From positions 12,476 through 76,475 of the forward strand of contig CACBON010000005.1 in assembly GCA_902540805.1 (NCBI GenBank): a stretch of DNA of 64,000 nucleotides, written 5' to 3'. Positions 17,942 to 26,285 of the stretch are shown one piece after another. The stretch is from an uncultured Alphaproteobacteria bacterium. Lineage in GTDB: Bacteria; Pseudomonadota; Alphaproteobacteria; Methylaequorales; Methylaequoraceae. Position 1 is the stretch's first letter; each line of letters opens with the position of its first letter. Position numbers and translations under genes: made by a program. A model generated the notes under the pieces. It did not search any database. It saw only the letters and a program-made list of their open reading frames with translations, and was not told the origin of the DNA.

Positions 17942-19735
17942 TTAATCTATTTTATCGACATCTTTTCCAATAACTTCAGAAAAATCTTTCTCAATTCTTT
18001 TTTGAGCAAAGGGTTCTGTAGCCTTATTTAATTTTTCAATGTTTTGATTAATCATATCACAATCATTAGTTTCAAGAGATTTTTTCAATAAATTAACATT
18101 TTCTTCAATACCATTTATATCATTTTTTGAGCAAAGTAATTCAATATCTTTTTTAACTGATTCTATTTCATTTAAAAAACTTTTGGCTTTTACTTTAGCT
18201 TCTATCACCATTCTTTGGTGTATATCATCTTTTGCATTTTCGATACTACTCTCAACTATTTTCCTCATATCATTTAAGTCTAAATCATAATTAGTTTTCA
18301 CTGAAAGCCTATTTTCAACCCCGGTTTCTTCATCTGTAGCCGTGACGAAGAGGATTCCGTCCGCGTCAAGGGAAAACATTACCTTTATTCTTGGTATTCC
18401 AGCAGGCTTTGGCTGAATATTGGACAAAATAAATTCTCCTAGTTTTCTATTGTTTGACGAAGTTTCTCTTTCTCCTTGAAGTATAAGAAACTTTATTGAA
18501 GTCTGACCATTTTCGTGAGTGGTAAAAGTCTGTTCCTTTATAGCTGGTATGGGAGTGTTTCTTGATATTATTTTTTCCATCAATCCTCCCATAGTCTCAA
18601 TTCCCAGAGAAAGGGGAGTTACATCCAAAAGTACATTGTCAGAACCATTAAGAAGTTCATAGCCATGCAGTGCTGCTCCCTTAGAAACAACAAGATCAGG
18701 ATTTACATCATCAAAAATTGTAGTTTCAAAATTTTCGTTAATTTTTTCTGAAATACACTTCATTCTAGATGAACCACCCACCAATACAAAACCCTCTATT
18801 TTGTTTATTTCGACATCAACTTCATTTAACAATTCCAAAGAAATCTTGATTGTCCTATCAATTAGGTTGTTAATAGATTTATTAAAATCTTTAATATTGA
18901 TTTCAATTTCTTTGACACATTCATTGACTTTAAGTTTTTCGTTAAAAGCTTGCGACTCAAAAAGTTTTTCCTTTAGTAATTTTGACTTTTTAATTAATTT
19001 TAGTTTTTCCTTTTTATTCAAACTATCAAAATCAATTTTAAAATACTTTTTAACCAACCATTTTGCGTAAAGAATATCAAAATCATCACCTCCTAGATTT
19101 GGATCTCCACTTGTTGCAATTACCTTAAATATACCATCTGATAATTTAAGTAATGAAACATCAAATGTACCGCCGCCCAAGTCATAAACAAAAAAAATGC
19201 CTTTCTTTTTTTTTTCAAGTCCATATGCAAATGCAGCAGCTGTTGGTTCGTTTATCAGTCTCCTAACTCTCAAACCTGCCATAAAGGCAGCTCGCATTAT
19301 TCCTGACCTAGCTTTTTCATCAAAATATGCAGGAACAGTGATTACACAATCAAAAACATTCTGATTAAGATTTTTCTCACATAAATTTTTTAAATAAATG
19401 AAGAAATCCTTTGATACTTCCATTGAGGAAATCTTAGTTCCATTTTGGTCTTCATATATTTTTTTATCAAAATCTTTAATAAAATTTCTCTTTACAGAGA
19501 AAATAGAATTAAAATAGCTTTCATTTTTTATGATCTGATTTCCAAAGTTTTTAGTTTTTGCATTGTATAAAATCAGAGTTGGTATGAGTTTTTCACCCTT
19601 TTCATCAAGAATAAATTGGAATTTATCTTTAACTTTAACCGAACAAACTGAATTTGTTGTTCCAAAATCTATTCCTAAGCAAATTTTAGCGTCATTTTTA
19701 GATGACATTGGTTCTTTTATCTTGATTAAGTTCAT
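17942..19735 (-). CDS. hscA: Fe-S cluster assembly Hsp70 chaperone HscA
   Basis: It has Hsp70 blocks (GIDFGTTNS, DLGGGTFD, VGGSSRMK) and sits in the isc operon. The alternative start MSSKND at 19708 cannot be excluded. Confidence 0.92.
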   Translation of the reverse strand: MNLIKIKEPMSSKNDAKICLGIDFGTTNSVCSVKVKDKFQFILDEKGEKLIPTLILYNAKTKNFGNQIIKNESYFNSIFSVKRNFIKDFDKKIYEDQNGTKISSMEVSKDFFIYLKNLCEKNLNQNVFDCVITVPAYFDEKARSGIMRAAFMAGLRVRRLINEPTAAAFAYGLEKKKKGIFFVYDLGGGTFDVSLLKLSDGIFKVIATSGDPNLGGDDFDILYAKWLVKKYFKIDFDSLNKKEKLKLIKKSKLLKEKLFESQAFNEKLKVNECVKEIEINIKDFNKSINNLIDRTIKISLELLNEVDVEINKIEGFVLVGGSSRMKCISEKINENFETTIFDDVNPDLVVSKGAALHGYELLNGSDNVLLDVTPLSLGIETMGGLMEKIISRNTPIPAIKEQTFTTHENGQTSIKFLILQGERETSSNNRKLGEFILSNIQPKPAGIPRIKVMFSLDADGILFVTATDEETGVENRLSVKTNYDLDLNDMRKIVESSIENAKDDIHQRMVIEAKVKAKSFLNEIESVKKDIELLCSKNDINGIEENVNLLKKSLETNDCDMINQNIEKLNKATEPFAQKRIEKDFSEVIGKDVDKID

Positions 19736-20316
19736 AACTGCTTTTTAAAATCCGTCCTTATCTTTTCAAGATATGATAATTTAATGTTCAACTTGTTGGC
19801 AATTGCATACTCTTTATTTTTAAATGATGTCGATAAATTCTCCGTTGTCTCACTAATTTTTAGATTTAGTTTTTGAATAGAAAGCTTTTTTTGTTCAGAA
19901 CTTTCTGCCTCTATAAACTCATTTTGTATATCCATTATTTCCTCTAATACTCCAGGATCATTGAATGATTTATCTTCTGAATGAGGATTAAATCCATTTA
20001 ATTTTAATAATATAGTAGCTCTTGATATTGAACTATTTAATTTTTGGTATGCTTCGTTAATCATTGATGAGAGTAATGTTGAATATTTAATTTCTTGATC
20101 CGATAGTTGTGAAAATTTATCAGGATGAAATAGTTGTTGCAATTTTAAATAAGCTTTTTCAAGTTCATCTAAATCTAAATCAAACGTCTCTGATATTCCC
20201 ATTAATTTAAATTCATCAACATGTTTAGGTGATTGAATTTTATTACATTTTTGACAAAAGAAAAGATTTGGAGGAATAACGTTTTCGCAGTTCCAGCAAA
20301 TGGAGTTTATAGACAT
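19732..20316 (-). CDS. hscB: Fe-S co-chaperone HscB with N-terminal CxxC..CxxC zinc-finger
   Basis: It has a J-domain with HPD (LFHPDKF) and the N-terminal motif CWNC-x10-CQKC. It lies between iscA and hscA. Confidence 0.85.
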   Translation of the reverse strand: MSINSICWNCENVIPPNLFFCQKCNKIQSPKHVDEFKLMGISETFDLDLDELEKAYLKLQQLFHPDKFSQLSDQEIKYSTLLSSMINEAYQKLNSSISRATILLKLNGFNPHSEDKSFNDPGVLEEIMDIQNEFIEAESSEQKKLSIQKLNLKISETTENLSTSFKNKEYAIANKLNIKLSYLEKIRTDFKKQL

Positions 20317-20325
20317 AATTTTGCA

Positions 20326-20649
20326 TTAAACGTGAAACGACTCTCCACAACCGCATCTACCTTTTTCATTTGGATTAATAAATTTAAAACCAGATTCTAA
20401 AACGCCCTCCTCATAGTCCATAGTTGTACCAAGAAGAAAAAGAGTTGCTTTTGGATCGATATATATTTTGATGTCCTCAATGTTTAGAATTTCATCTTTT
20501 TCACAGGGAGAATCTACGAACTCCATGCTATACGAGAGTCCTGAACAACCTTTTGTCTCTATGCCAAGCTTTATCCCAAGTGGTTTGTTATCCCTGGAGG
20601 ATAAAAGTTTTTTTATATGATTAACAGCATTGCTGGTAACAGTAATCAT
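20326..20649 (-). CDS. iscA: Fe-S cluster carrier IscA (HesB family)
   Basis: It has GCSG and the C-terminal CGCGESF motif. Confidence 0.92.
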   Translation of the reverse strand: MITVTSNAVNHIKKLLSSRDNKPLGIKLGIETKGCSGLSYSMEFVDSPCEKDEILNIEDIKIYIDPKATLFLLGTTMDYEEGVLESGFKFINPNEKGRCGCGESFHV

Positions 20650-20667
20650 TATTTTCTTAATAGGTGT

Positions 20668-21057
20668 CTATCTATTTTTTCTATTCTTTTTTTTATAATC
20701 GTCTATTGCAGCTTTGATTGCATCTTCAGCTAAGATAGAACAATGTATTTTTACTGGGGGAAGAGCAAGATGATTAGCTATCTCTGTATTTTTTATTGAG
20801 TGTGCTTCATCAAGATTTTTTCCTTTTACCCATTCAGTAATAAGTGAGCTTGAGGCAATTGCTGAGCCGCAACCAAAAGTTTTAAATTTGGCGTCTTCTA
20901 TAACTCCTTTATTATTGACTTTAATTTGAAGTTTCATTACATCACCGCACGCTGGGGCTCCAACAAGACCTGTTCCAACTTGCTCAGACTCCTTGTCCAT
21001 AGACCCAACATTTTTTGGGTTTTCGTAGTGATCTAGAAGTTCTTTACTGTAAGCCAT
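20668..21057 (-). CDS. iscU: Fe-S cluster scaffold IscU
   Basis: It has GAPACGD, FGCGSAIASSS and LPPVKIHCS. Confidence 0.95.
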   Translation of the reverse strand: MAYSKELLDHYENPKNVGSMDKESEQVGTGLVGAPACGDVMKLQIKVNNKGVIEDAKFKTFGCGSAIASSSLITEWVKGKNLDEAHSIKNTEIANHLALPPVKIHCSILAEDAIKAAIDDYKKKNRKNR

Positions 21058-21079
21058 GACTATGTCTCCTTTCGTATTA

Positions 21080-22297
21080 TTAGTGATGAGCCCATTTTAT
21101 TTTACTTATATCCACACCTTCTTGGGCCATTTCCCAAAGTGGACTAAGCTCTCTAAGTCTTTTGACTTCCTTAACAATAACATCAGTTGCATATTTTACC
21201 TCATTTTCAGTAGTAAATCTACCAAAACCTATTCTTAAGCTTGTATGAGCAAGTTCTTCTTCAACTCCAAGCGCTTTCAGGACATAAGAGGGTTCTAAAG
21301 ATGCCGAAGTACAAGCTGAACCAGAAGAAACCGCAAGATCTTTGATACCCATCATCAAAGATTCTCCTTCAACATAAGCAAAACTAAGGTTAAGATTACC
21401 AGGAACTCTCATTAATTCTGATCCGTTCAGATATACGTCTGGACAAGATTTTCTGATGCCTTCAAGCATCATATCTTTATATTTTGTTAACGTTTTATTC
21501 TCTTTTTCCATTTCGTTAGAGTAAATGTTACAAGCTTCTCCAAGTCCAACGCAAAGAGCTGGGGATAGTGTTCCTGATCGCATACCACGTTCTTGGCCTC
21601 CTCCACTAATCATTGAGGATATTCTCACTCTTGGTTTACGTCTGATATAAAGAGCACCAACGCCTTTTGGAGCGTATATTTTATGACCAGAGATGCTCAT
21701 TAAATCTATATTCATTTTATCAACATCCAAAGGAATCTTGCCGATAGCTTGAGCACAATCAGTATGAAAGAAGATATCTTTAGATCTACATATTTTACCG
21801 ATCTCTTCCAGAGGTTGGATAACTCCAATTTCGTTATGAACTCCCATTATAGAAACTATTAGTGTTTTATCAGTAATTGATTTTTTTAATTCGTCAAGGT
21901 TGATTAAACCGTCACTTCGCACGGGTAAGTATGTAACTTCAAAACCTTTACCAGCAAGATGTCTACAAGATTCTAAAACACATTTGTGTTCAGTCACACA
22001 CGTAATTATATGATTTTTTTTATCTCCGTAGAATTCTGAAACACCCTTTAAAGCTAAATTATTCGATTCTGTTGCTCCAGATGTAAAAATTATCTCTTTT
22101 GGGTTGGCGTTAATAATTTTTGCTACATGCTCTCTCGCTACTTCAACGCCTTCCTCTGCTTCCCAGCCAAATGAATGGTTTCTTGAATGAGGATTCCCAT
22201 AAATTTCACCGAAATATGGCATCATTTTTTTCAAAACTCTTGGATCTACAGGCGTTGTAGCTTGATAATCAAAATATATGTTTTTTAATTTTTTCAT
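21080..22297 (-). CDS. iscS: cysteine desulfurase IscS
   Basis: It has the PLP Lys block [12 protein letters not shown] and the active-site loop [10 protein letters not shown]. Confidence 0.95.
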   Translation of the reverse strand: MKKLKNIYFDYQATTPVDPRVLKKMMPYFGEIYGNPHSRNHSFGWEAEEGVEVAREHVAKIINANPKEIIFTSGATESNNLALKGVSEFYGDKKNHIITCVTEHKCVLESCRHLAGKGFEVTYLPVRSDGLINLDELKKSITDKTLIVSIMGVHNEIGVIQPLEEIGKICRSKDIFFHTDCAQAIGKIPLDVDKMNIDLMSISGHKIYAPKGVGALYIRRKPRVRISSMISGGGQERGMRSGTLSPALCVGLGEACNIYSNEMEKENKTLTKYKDMMLEGIRKSCPDVYLNGSELMRVPGNLNLSFAYVEGESLMMGIKDLAVSSGSACTSASLEPSYVLKALGVEEELAHTSLRIGFGRFTTENEVKYATDVIVKEVKRLRELSPLWEMAQEGVDISKIKWAHH

Positions 22298-22408
22298 ACT
22301 ATTAATACATTTAGTAATTTATACTATTTTGTCCACATTTTCCTTATCCTTATAACTAAAATTCGATAATGTATAAAAATTCAGTATAAAAATTTTATTT
22401 CAAGTTAT

Positions 22409-23170
22409 TTACTTTTGCTTTTCTGATTTACCTTTACTTTCTTGTTTAATTTGTATTTCATTTGGAACTTTCATTCTCTGATCGACTTGTTTTTTCAAGT
22501 CATCAACTTTTTGATTAAGTGTGTATATTTCTTTAAATAAGGCATGAATACTTTTTTTGTTGGGATCGTCTATAACACCCTTAGATATTCCATAAGGGTC
22601 GAATGATTCTTTTAAATTTCTTGACTCGATCTTTCTTGCCGGTACTCCGACGTAAGTTATGTTTTCAGGTACATCCTTCAATACAACTGCATTTGCTCCA
22701 ATTCTTGAGTTTTTTCCTATTACAACCGGACCAAGTATTTGTGCACCTGATCCTACAATAACATTGTCTTTGATAGTTGGATGTCTTTTAATGTTTCTTT
22801 GGGAGTCTGAATCTACTGACGGAGAAAGTCCTCCTAATGTTGCATGTTGATAAATTGTAACATTTTTGCCAATAATGCTTGTTTCTCCAATTACTAAACC
22901 AGCTCCATGATCTATAAAAAAACCTTCATCAATTTTCGCAGCAGGGTGTATCTCAATTGAAGTTAAAATACGTGAAATGCTGCTCATTGCTCTTGCAATA
23001 AATTTTAGCTTTAACCTCCAAAGAAGATTGCAAATTCTGTGAATTAATGTTGCATGAAAGCCTGAGTATGTAAAAATTATTTCTAGATAATGTCTTGCAG
23101 CTGGATCTCTTTTCATGGCAGCCTTTAAGTCGGAATGAATCAGGCTTAATAAATTTTTTGACATAATCAA
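22409..23170 (-). CDS. cysE: serine O-acetyltransferase with ~75-aa charged C-terminal extension
   Basis: It has DPAARHYLEI, IHPAAKIDEGFFIDHGAGLVIGET and hexapeptide repeats. A K/E/Q-rich, coiled-coil-like tail follows GVPARKI. Confidence 0.88.
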   Translation of the reverse strand: MIMSKNLLSLIHSDLKAAMKRDPAARHYLEIIFTYSGFHATLIHRICNLLWRLKLKFIARAMSSISRILTSIEIHPAAKIDEGFFIDHGAGLVIGETSIIGKNVTIYQHATLGGLSPSVDSDSQRNIKRHPTIKDNVIVGSGAQILGPVVIGKNSRIGANAVVLKDVPENITYVGVPARKIESRNLKESFDPYGISKGVIDDPNKKSIHALFKEIYTLNQKVDDLKKQVDQRMKVPNEIQIKQESKGKSEKQK

Positions 23171-23226
23171 ACTTTTGTATTATATACTAAAGAGTTATTA
23201 TATCCTAACAATTTAGTCAAGTATAA

Positions 23227-23859
23227 ATGCCAGAAATCCACCTAAATGGTCCAATCGGAAGACTCGAAGCTCGATACACTCACAACAACTTAGCCAACGC
23301 ACCGTCAGTACTAATTTTGCATGCTCATCCTGGACATGGTGGAAATATGAATAATCCATTATCGCTTAAACTCCATAAATTTTTTTCTGACCTAGGTTTT
23401 TCCAGCCTTAGGTTTAATTTTAGAGGTGTTGGTAAGTCTGATGGTGAGCATGATGGTAGTGAGGGTGAACTTGCTGACTCTGCAATTGCTCTTGACTGGC
23501 TTCAGAATCAAAATCAAGAGTCAAAGCAGTACTGGGTTTGCGGCATCTCCTTTGGAGCATGGGTTGGTATGCAGTTACTAATGAGAAGACCCGAAATACC
23601 CAAATTTGTGTTAATCAGTCCCCCTGTTGGTAAATATGATTTTAACTTTCTTGCTCCGTGTCCAGCATCTGGATTGGTAATCTCAGCTGAAAAGGACAAC
23701 CTCGTAGATAATAGTGCTGTTTTAGATGCAGTTAAAAAACTTAATAAGCAAAAATCAATCGAAGTTAAGCATGAACTTATCAAATCGGCTGACCATTTTT
23801 TTTCGAACAATGAACAGAAAGTTATTGAGAAAATAAAGAAGTATATCGGAAACAGTTAA
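23227..23859 (+). CDS. alpha/beta hydrolase (COG2945-like)
   Basis: It has the nucleophile elbow GISFGAW and the HAHPGHGG block typical of this small hydrolase family. Confidence 0.7.
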   Translation: MPEIHLNGPIGRLEARYTHNNLANAPSVLILHAHPGHGGNMNNPLSLKLHKFFSDLGFSSLRFNFRGVGKSDGEHDGSEGELADSAIALDWLQNQNQESKQYWVCGISFGAWVGMQLLMRRPEIPKFVLISPPVGKYDFNFLAPCPASGLVISAEKDNLVDNSAVLDAVKKLNKQKSIEVKHELIKSADHFFSNNEQKVIEKIKKYIGNS

Positions 23860-24974
23860 TTTGGCGCATATATATTTCCAGATATTGAACTTTGTAAACA
23901 ACCAGTAGTGCTTGGAAAAGAAGAAGGTAGTTTTTGTAAAGTTCTCACAGCAATGTATGCAAAAGCCTGAGATTCAATAAAAAAAGGATTCAATTTGTAA
24001 TTAAGTGTTGTTTCTACAATGTCACCAGATAATAGTTGCTTAATGTCAGACATAAGAGTTTTATTTTTTACCCCGCCACCTGAAAAAATCCATTTATCTA
24101 TTTTTAAATTTATTCTTAATTTTAAATTCAACAACTGATATGCTGTAAAATATGTTAATGTTCTCAAAGCATCAAATTTATTTAAGTTTTTTTTTAAAAA
24201 CTCATCTAAATTAAAAAATGAATTATCAAATGAAATAGGAAATGGATATCTCATAAAAGGTTTTTTTATCCATAATTTTAAAAGATCCTCCAATAATCTG
24301 CCATTTTTTGAGAAATTTCCCTTGTCATCAAAATCTTTGTTAAATTTTTTCATACAAAACTCGTCAATTAATTTGTTCCCGGGCCCAATGTCCGAAGCAA
24401 ATAATTTTGTCTTACCATTCAATAGAGTAAAATTTGTAATTCCACCAATATTTACTACCATAATATTTTTGTTTTTTTCTGAAAACTGGCTTTGATGAAA
24501 TATTGGGACTAATGGAGCTCCTTGACCTTTAAGTTTAATATCATTCTCTCTAAAGTCAGCAACTATTAATGTGTTAAGACTTTTTGATAAAAAACTGGGT
24601 CTTCCTAGTTGTATTGATATTCCATTCTCAGGTTGATGAATAATTGTATTACCATGAATCCCTATTACATCTAAGTTTTTCATTTGTGATTTGTTTTTTA
24701 GTCTAAAATCTTTGATTAGTTTTAAAACTAATTCACTATACTTGAGATTTAAATATGCAAGTTCATCTGAATCTTTAATTAATTGAATATCAGAGTTATT
24801 AATTTGATTAATTAATTTTCTAATGCTTTTTTTTAAATTACTATTAAATTCATAATATTCATCCGCTAAAGTTTGTATGCTAAATTTACCATCAGTTTTT
24901 ATTAGAGAAAAATCAAAGCCATCCAATGATGTTCCACTCATTATACCTAAGGAACAATATTCTTTTTTTTTCAT
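23856..24974 (-). CDS. anmK: anhydro-N-acetylmuramic acid kinase
   Basis: It has GIMSGTSLDGFD at the N-terminus and NIGGI and GPGN blocks. Confidence 0.88.
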   Translation of the reverse strand: MKKKEYCSLGIMSGTSLDGFDFSLIKTDGKFSIQTLADEYYEFNSNLKKSIRKLINQINNSDIQLIKDSDELAYLNLKYSELVLKLIKDFRLKNKSQMKNLDVIGIHGNTIIHQPENGISIQLGRPSFLSKSLNTLIVADFRENDIKLKGQGAPLVPIFHQSQFSEKNKNIMVVNIGGITNFTLLNGKTKLFASDIGPGNKLIDEFCMKKFNKDFDDKGNFSKNGRLLEDLLKLWIKKPFMRYPFPISFDNSFFNLDEFLKKNLNKFDALRTLTYFTAYQLLNLKLRINLKIDKWIFSGGGVKNKTLMSDIKQLLSGDIVETTLNYKLNPFFIESQAFAYIAVRTLQKLPSSFPSTTGCLQSSISGNIYAPN

Positions 24975-25004
24975 CCTTATTATTATAACCTGTTCTCAAA
25001 TAGT

Positions 25005-26285
25005 ATGTTAAAAGATTTTTACAATTTACTGAGAGAAAGAGGCTTTCTTCATCAATCCACTGATGAAAAAGGAATCAAAGAGATTCTTTCAAAAAAAACA
25101 ACAGGTTATATTGGTTTCGATTGCACATCTGACAGTTTGCATGTTGGCTCCCTTTTACCGTTGATGCTTTTGAGACTTTTCCAAAAATGTGGTCACAAAC
25201 CTATTATCCTAATTGGAGGAGGTACAACATTAATTGGCGATCCATCTGGAAAAGATGAAACAAGAAGAATTCTGCAAAAAAATGATATTGATTCAAATAA
25301 AAAAAAACTTATGGATATATTCAAAAAATTTCTATCTTTCGATAAATCAAAATCAAATTGTGCTTTAATAGTAGATAATTACGAATGGTTGTGCACTTTA
25401 AATCTAATTTCATTCCTCAGAGACATTGGTAGTAAGTTTTCCATCAACCGAATGCTAGGATTAGAGTCCATCAAACAAAGGCTTAAAAGGGAGCAACATT
25501 TAAGTTTTTTGGAGTTTAACTATTCAATTTTTCAAGCTTATGATTTTATGATTCTAAATCAAAGATATAACTGCGAAATTCAATTTGGGGGATCTGACCA
25601 ATGGGGAAATATTGTTTCAGGCATAGATTTAGTTAAAAAAGAAAAAAATAAGCAAGTTTATGGATTAACCTCTCCACTAATTACCACTGCCACAGGAAAA
25701 AAAATGGGAAAAACAAATACAGGAGCTGTTTGGCTTTCTGAATCAAAATATTCAGTTATGGATTTTTGGCAATATTGGAGAAATACAGATGATAAGGACG
25801 TAATCAAATTTTTAAAACTATTTACTGAGATAGAAATTCGTGAAATTGAAAATTTTAAAAATTTTAAAGGTTCAGGATTGAATGAATTAAAAGTTCTGTT
25901 GGCAAATGAGGTTACTTCACTGTGCCATGGCAAAGAAAAATCAAAAAATGTTGAAGTAGAATCAAAAAAGATCAGAGATTCTTTGAATATTGACTCAAGT
26001 ATAATAGATGAATGCAAACAAAAAATATCTATTAGAAAAGAAACTCTAAATAAAGGTATTACTCTAAAACAAATCTTAGTTGATCTCAAACTTTCAAATT
26101 CAAATGGTGAATCTAAAAGACTAATTGAGCAAGGTGCTGTAAAAATCAACAAAAATATAATAGAAGATAAAGATATTCTTATAACAAAAGAAAATTTTAT
26201 GGCACACCCAGATAAAAAAGAGTTTTATTATTCAATTGTGTTTGTGGGTAAAAAAAAATACGGACTGATTGAACTAGTCTCCTAA
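25005..26285 (+). CDS. tyrS: tyrosine--tRNA ligase
   Basis: It has a HIGH-type motif (SLHVGSL), a KMSKS-type motif (KMGKT) and a C-terminal S4-like domain. Confidence 0.95.
   Translation: MLKDFYNLLRERGFLHQSTDEKGIKEILSKKTTGYIGFDCTSDSLHVGSLLPLMLLRLFQKCGHKPIILIGGGTTLIGDPSGKDETRRILQKNDIDSNKKKLMDIFKKFLSFDKSKSNCALIVDNYEWLCTLNLISFLRDIGSKFSINRMLGLESIKQRLKREQHLSFLEFNYSIFQAYDFMILNQRYNCEIQFGGSDQWGNIVSGIDLVKKEKNKQVYGLTSPLITTATGKKMGKTNTGAVWLSESKYSVMDFWQYWRNTDDKDVIKFLKLFTEIEIREIENFKNFKGSGLNELKVLLANEVTSLCHGKEKSKNVEVESKKIRDSLNIDSSIIDECKQKISIRKETLNKGITLKQILVDLKLSNSNGESKRLIEQGAVKINKNIIEDKDILITKENFMAHPDKKEFYYSIVFVGKKKYGLIELVS

Noticed and set aside
25658-26152. Long antisense ORFs inside well-supported genes. 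Examples are 25658-26152 in tyrS, 56554-57069 in thiG, 28348-28716 and 26605-26829 in the yhdP-like gene, and 17172-17462 and 16389-16828 in mnmA. Others are 46060-46368 in clpA, 58362-58667 in thiO, 55888-56157 in pyrE, 55094-55357 in fhs and 17626-17922 in fdx.
   Set aside because: Each lies wholly inside a gene with clear family motifs on the other strand. Their translations are low-complexity F/L/S/I-rich, which is the mirror of K/E/N-rich coding sequence in AT-rich DNA. They have no recognisable domains, so I treat them as shadow ORFs.
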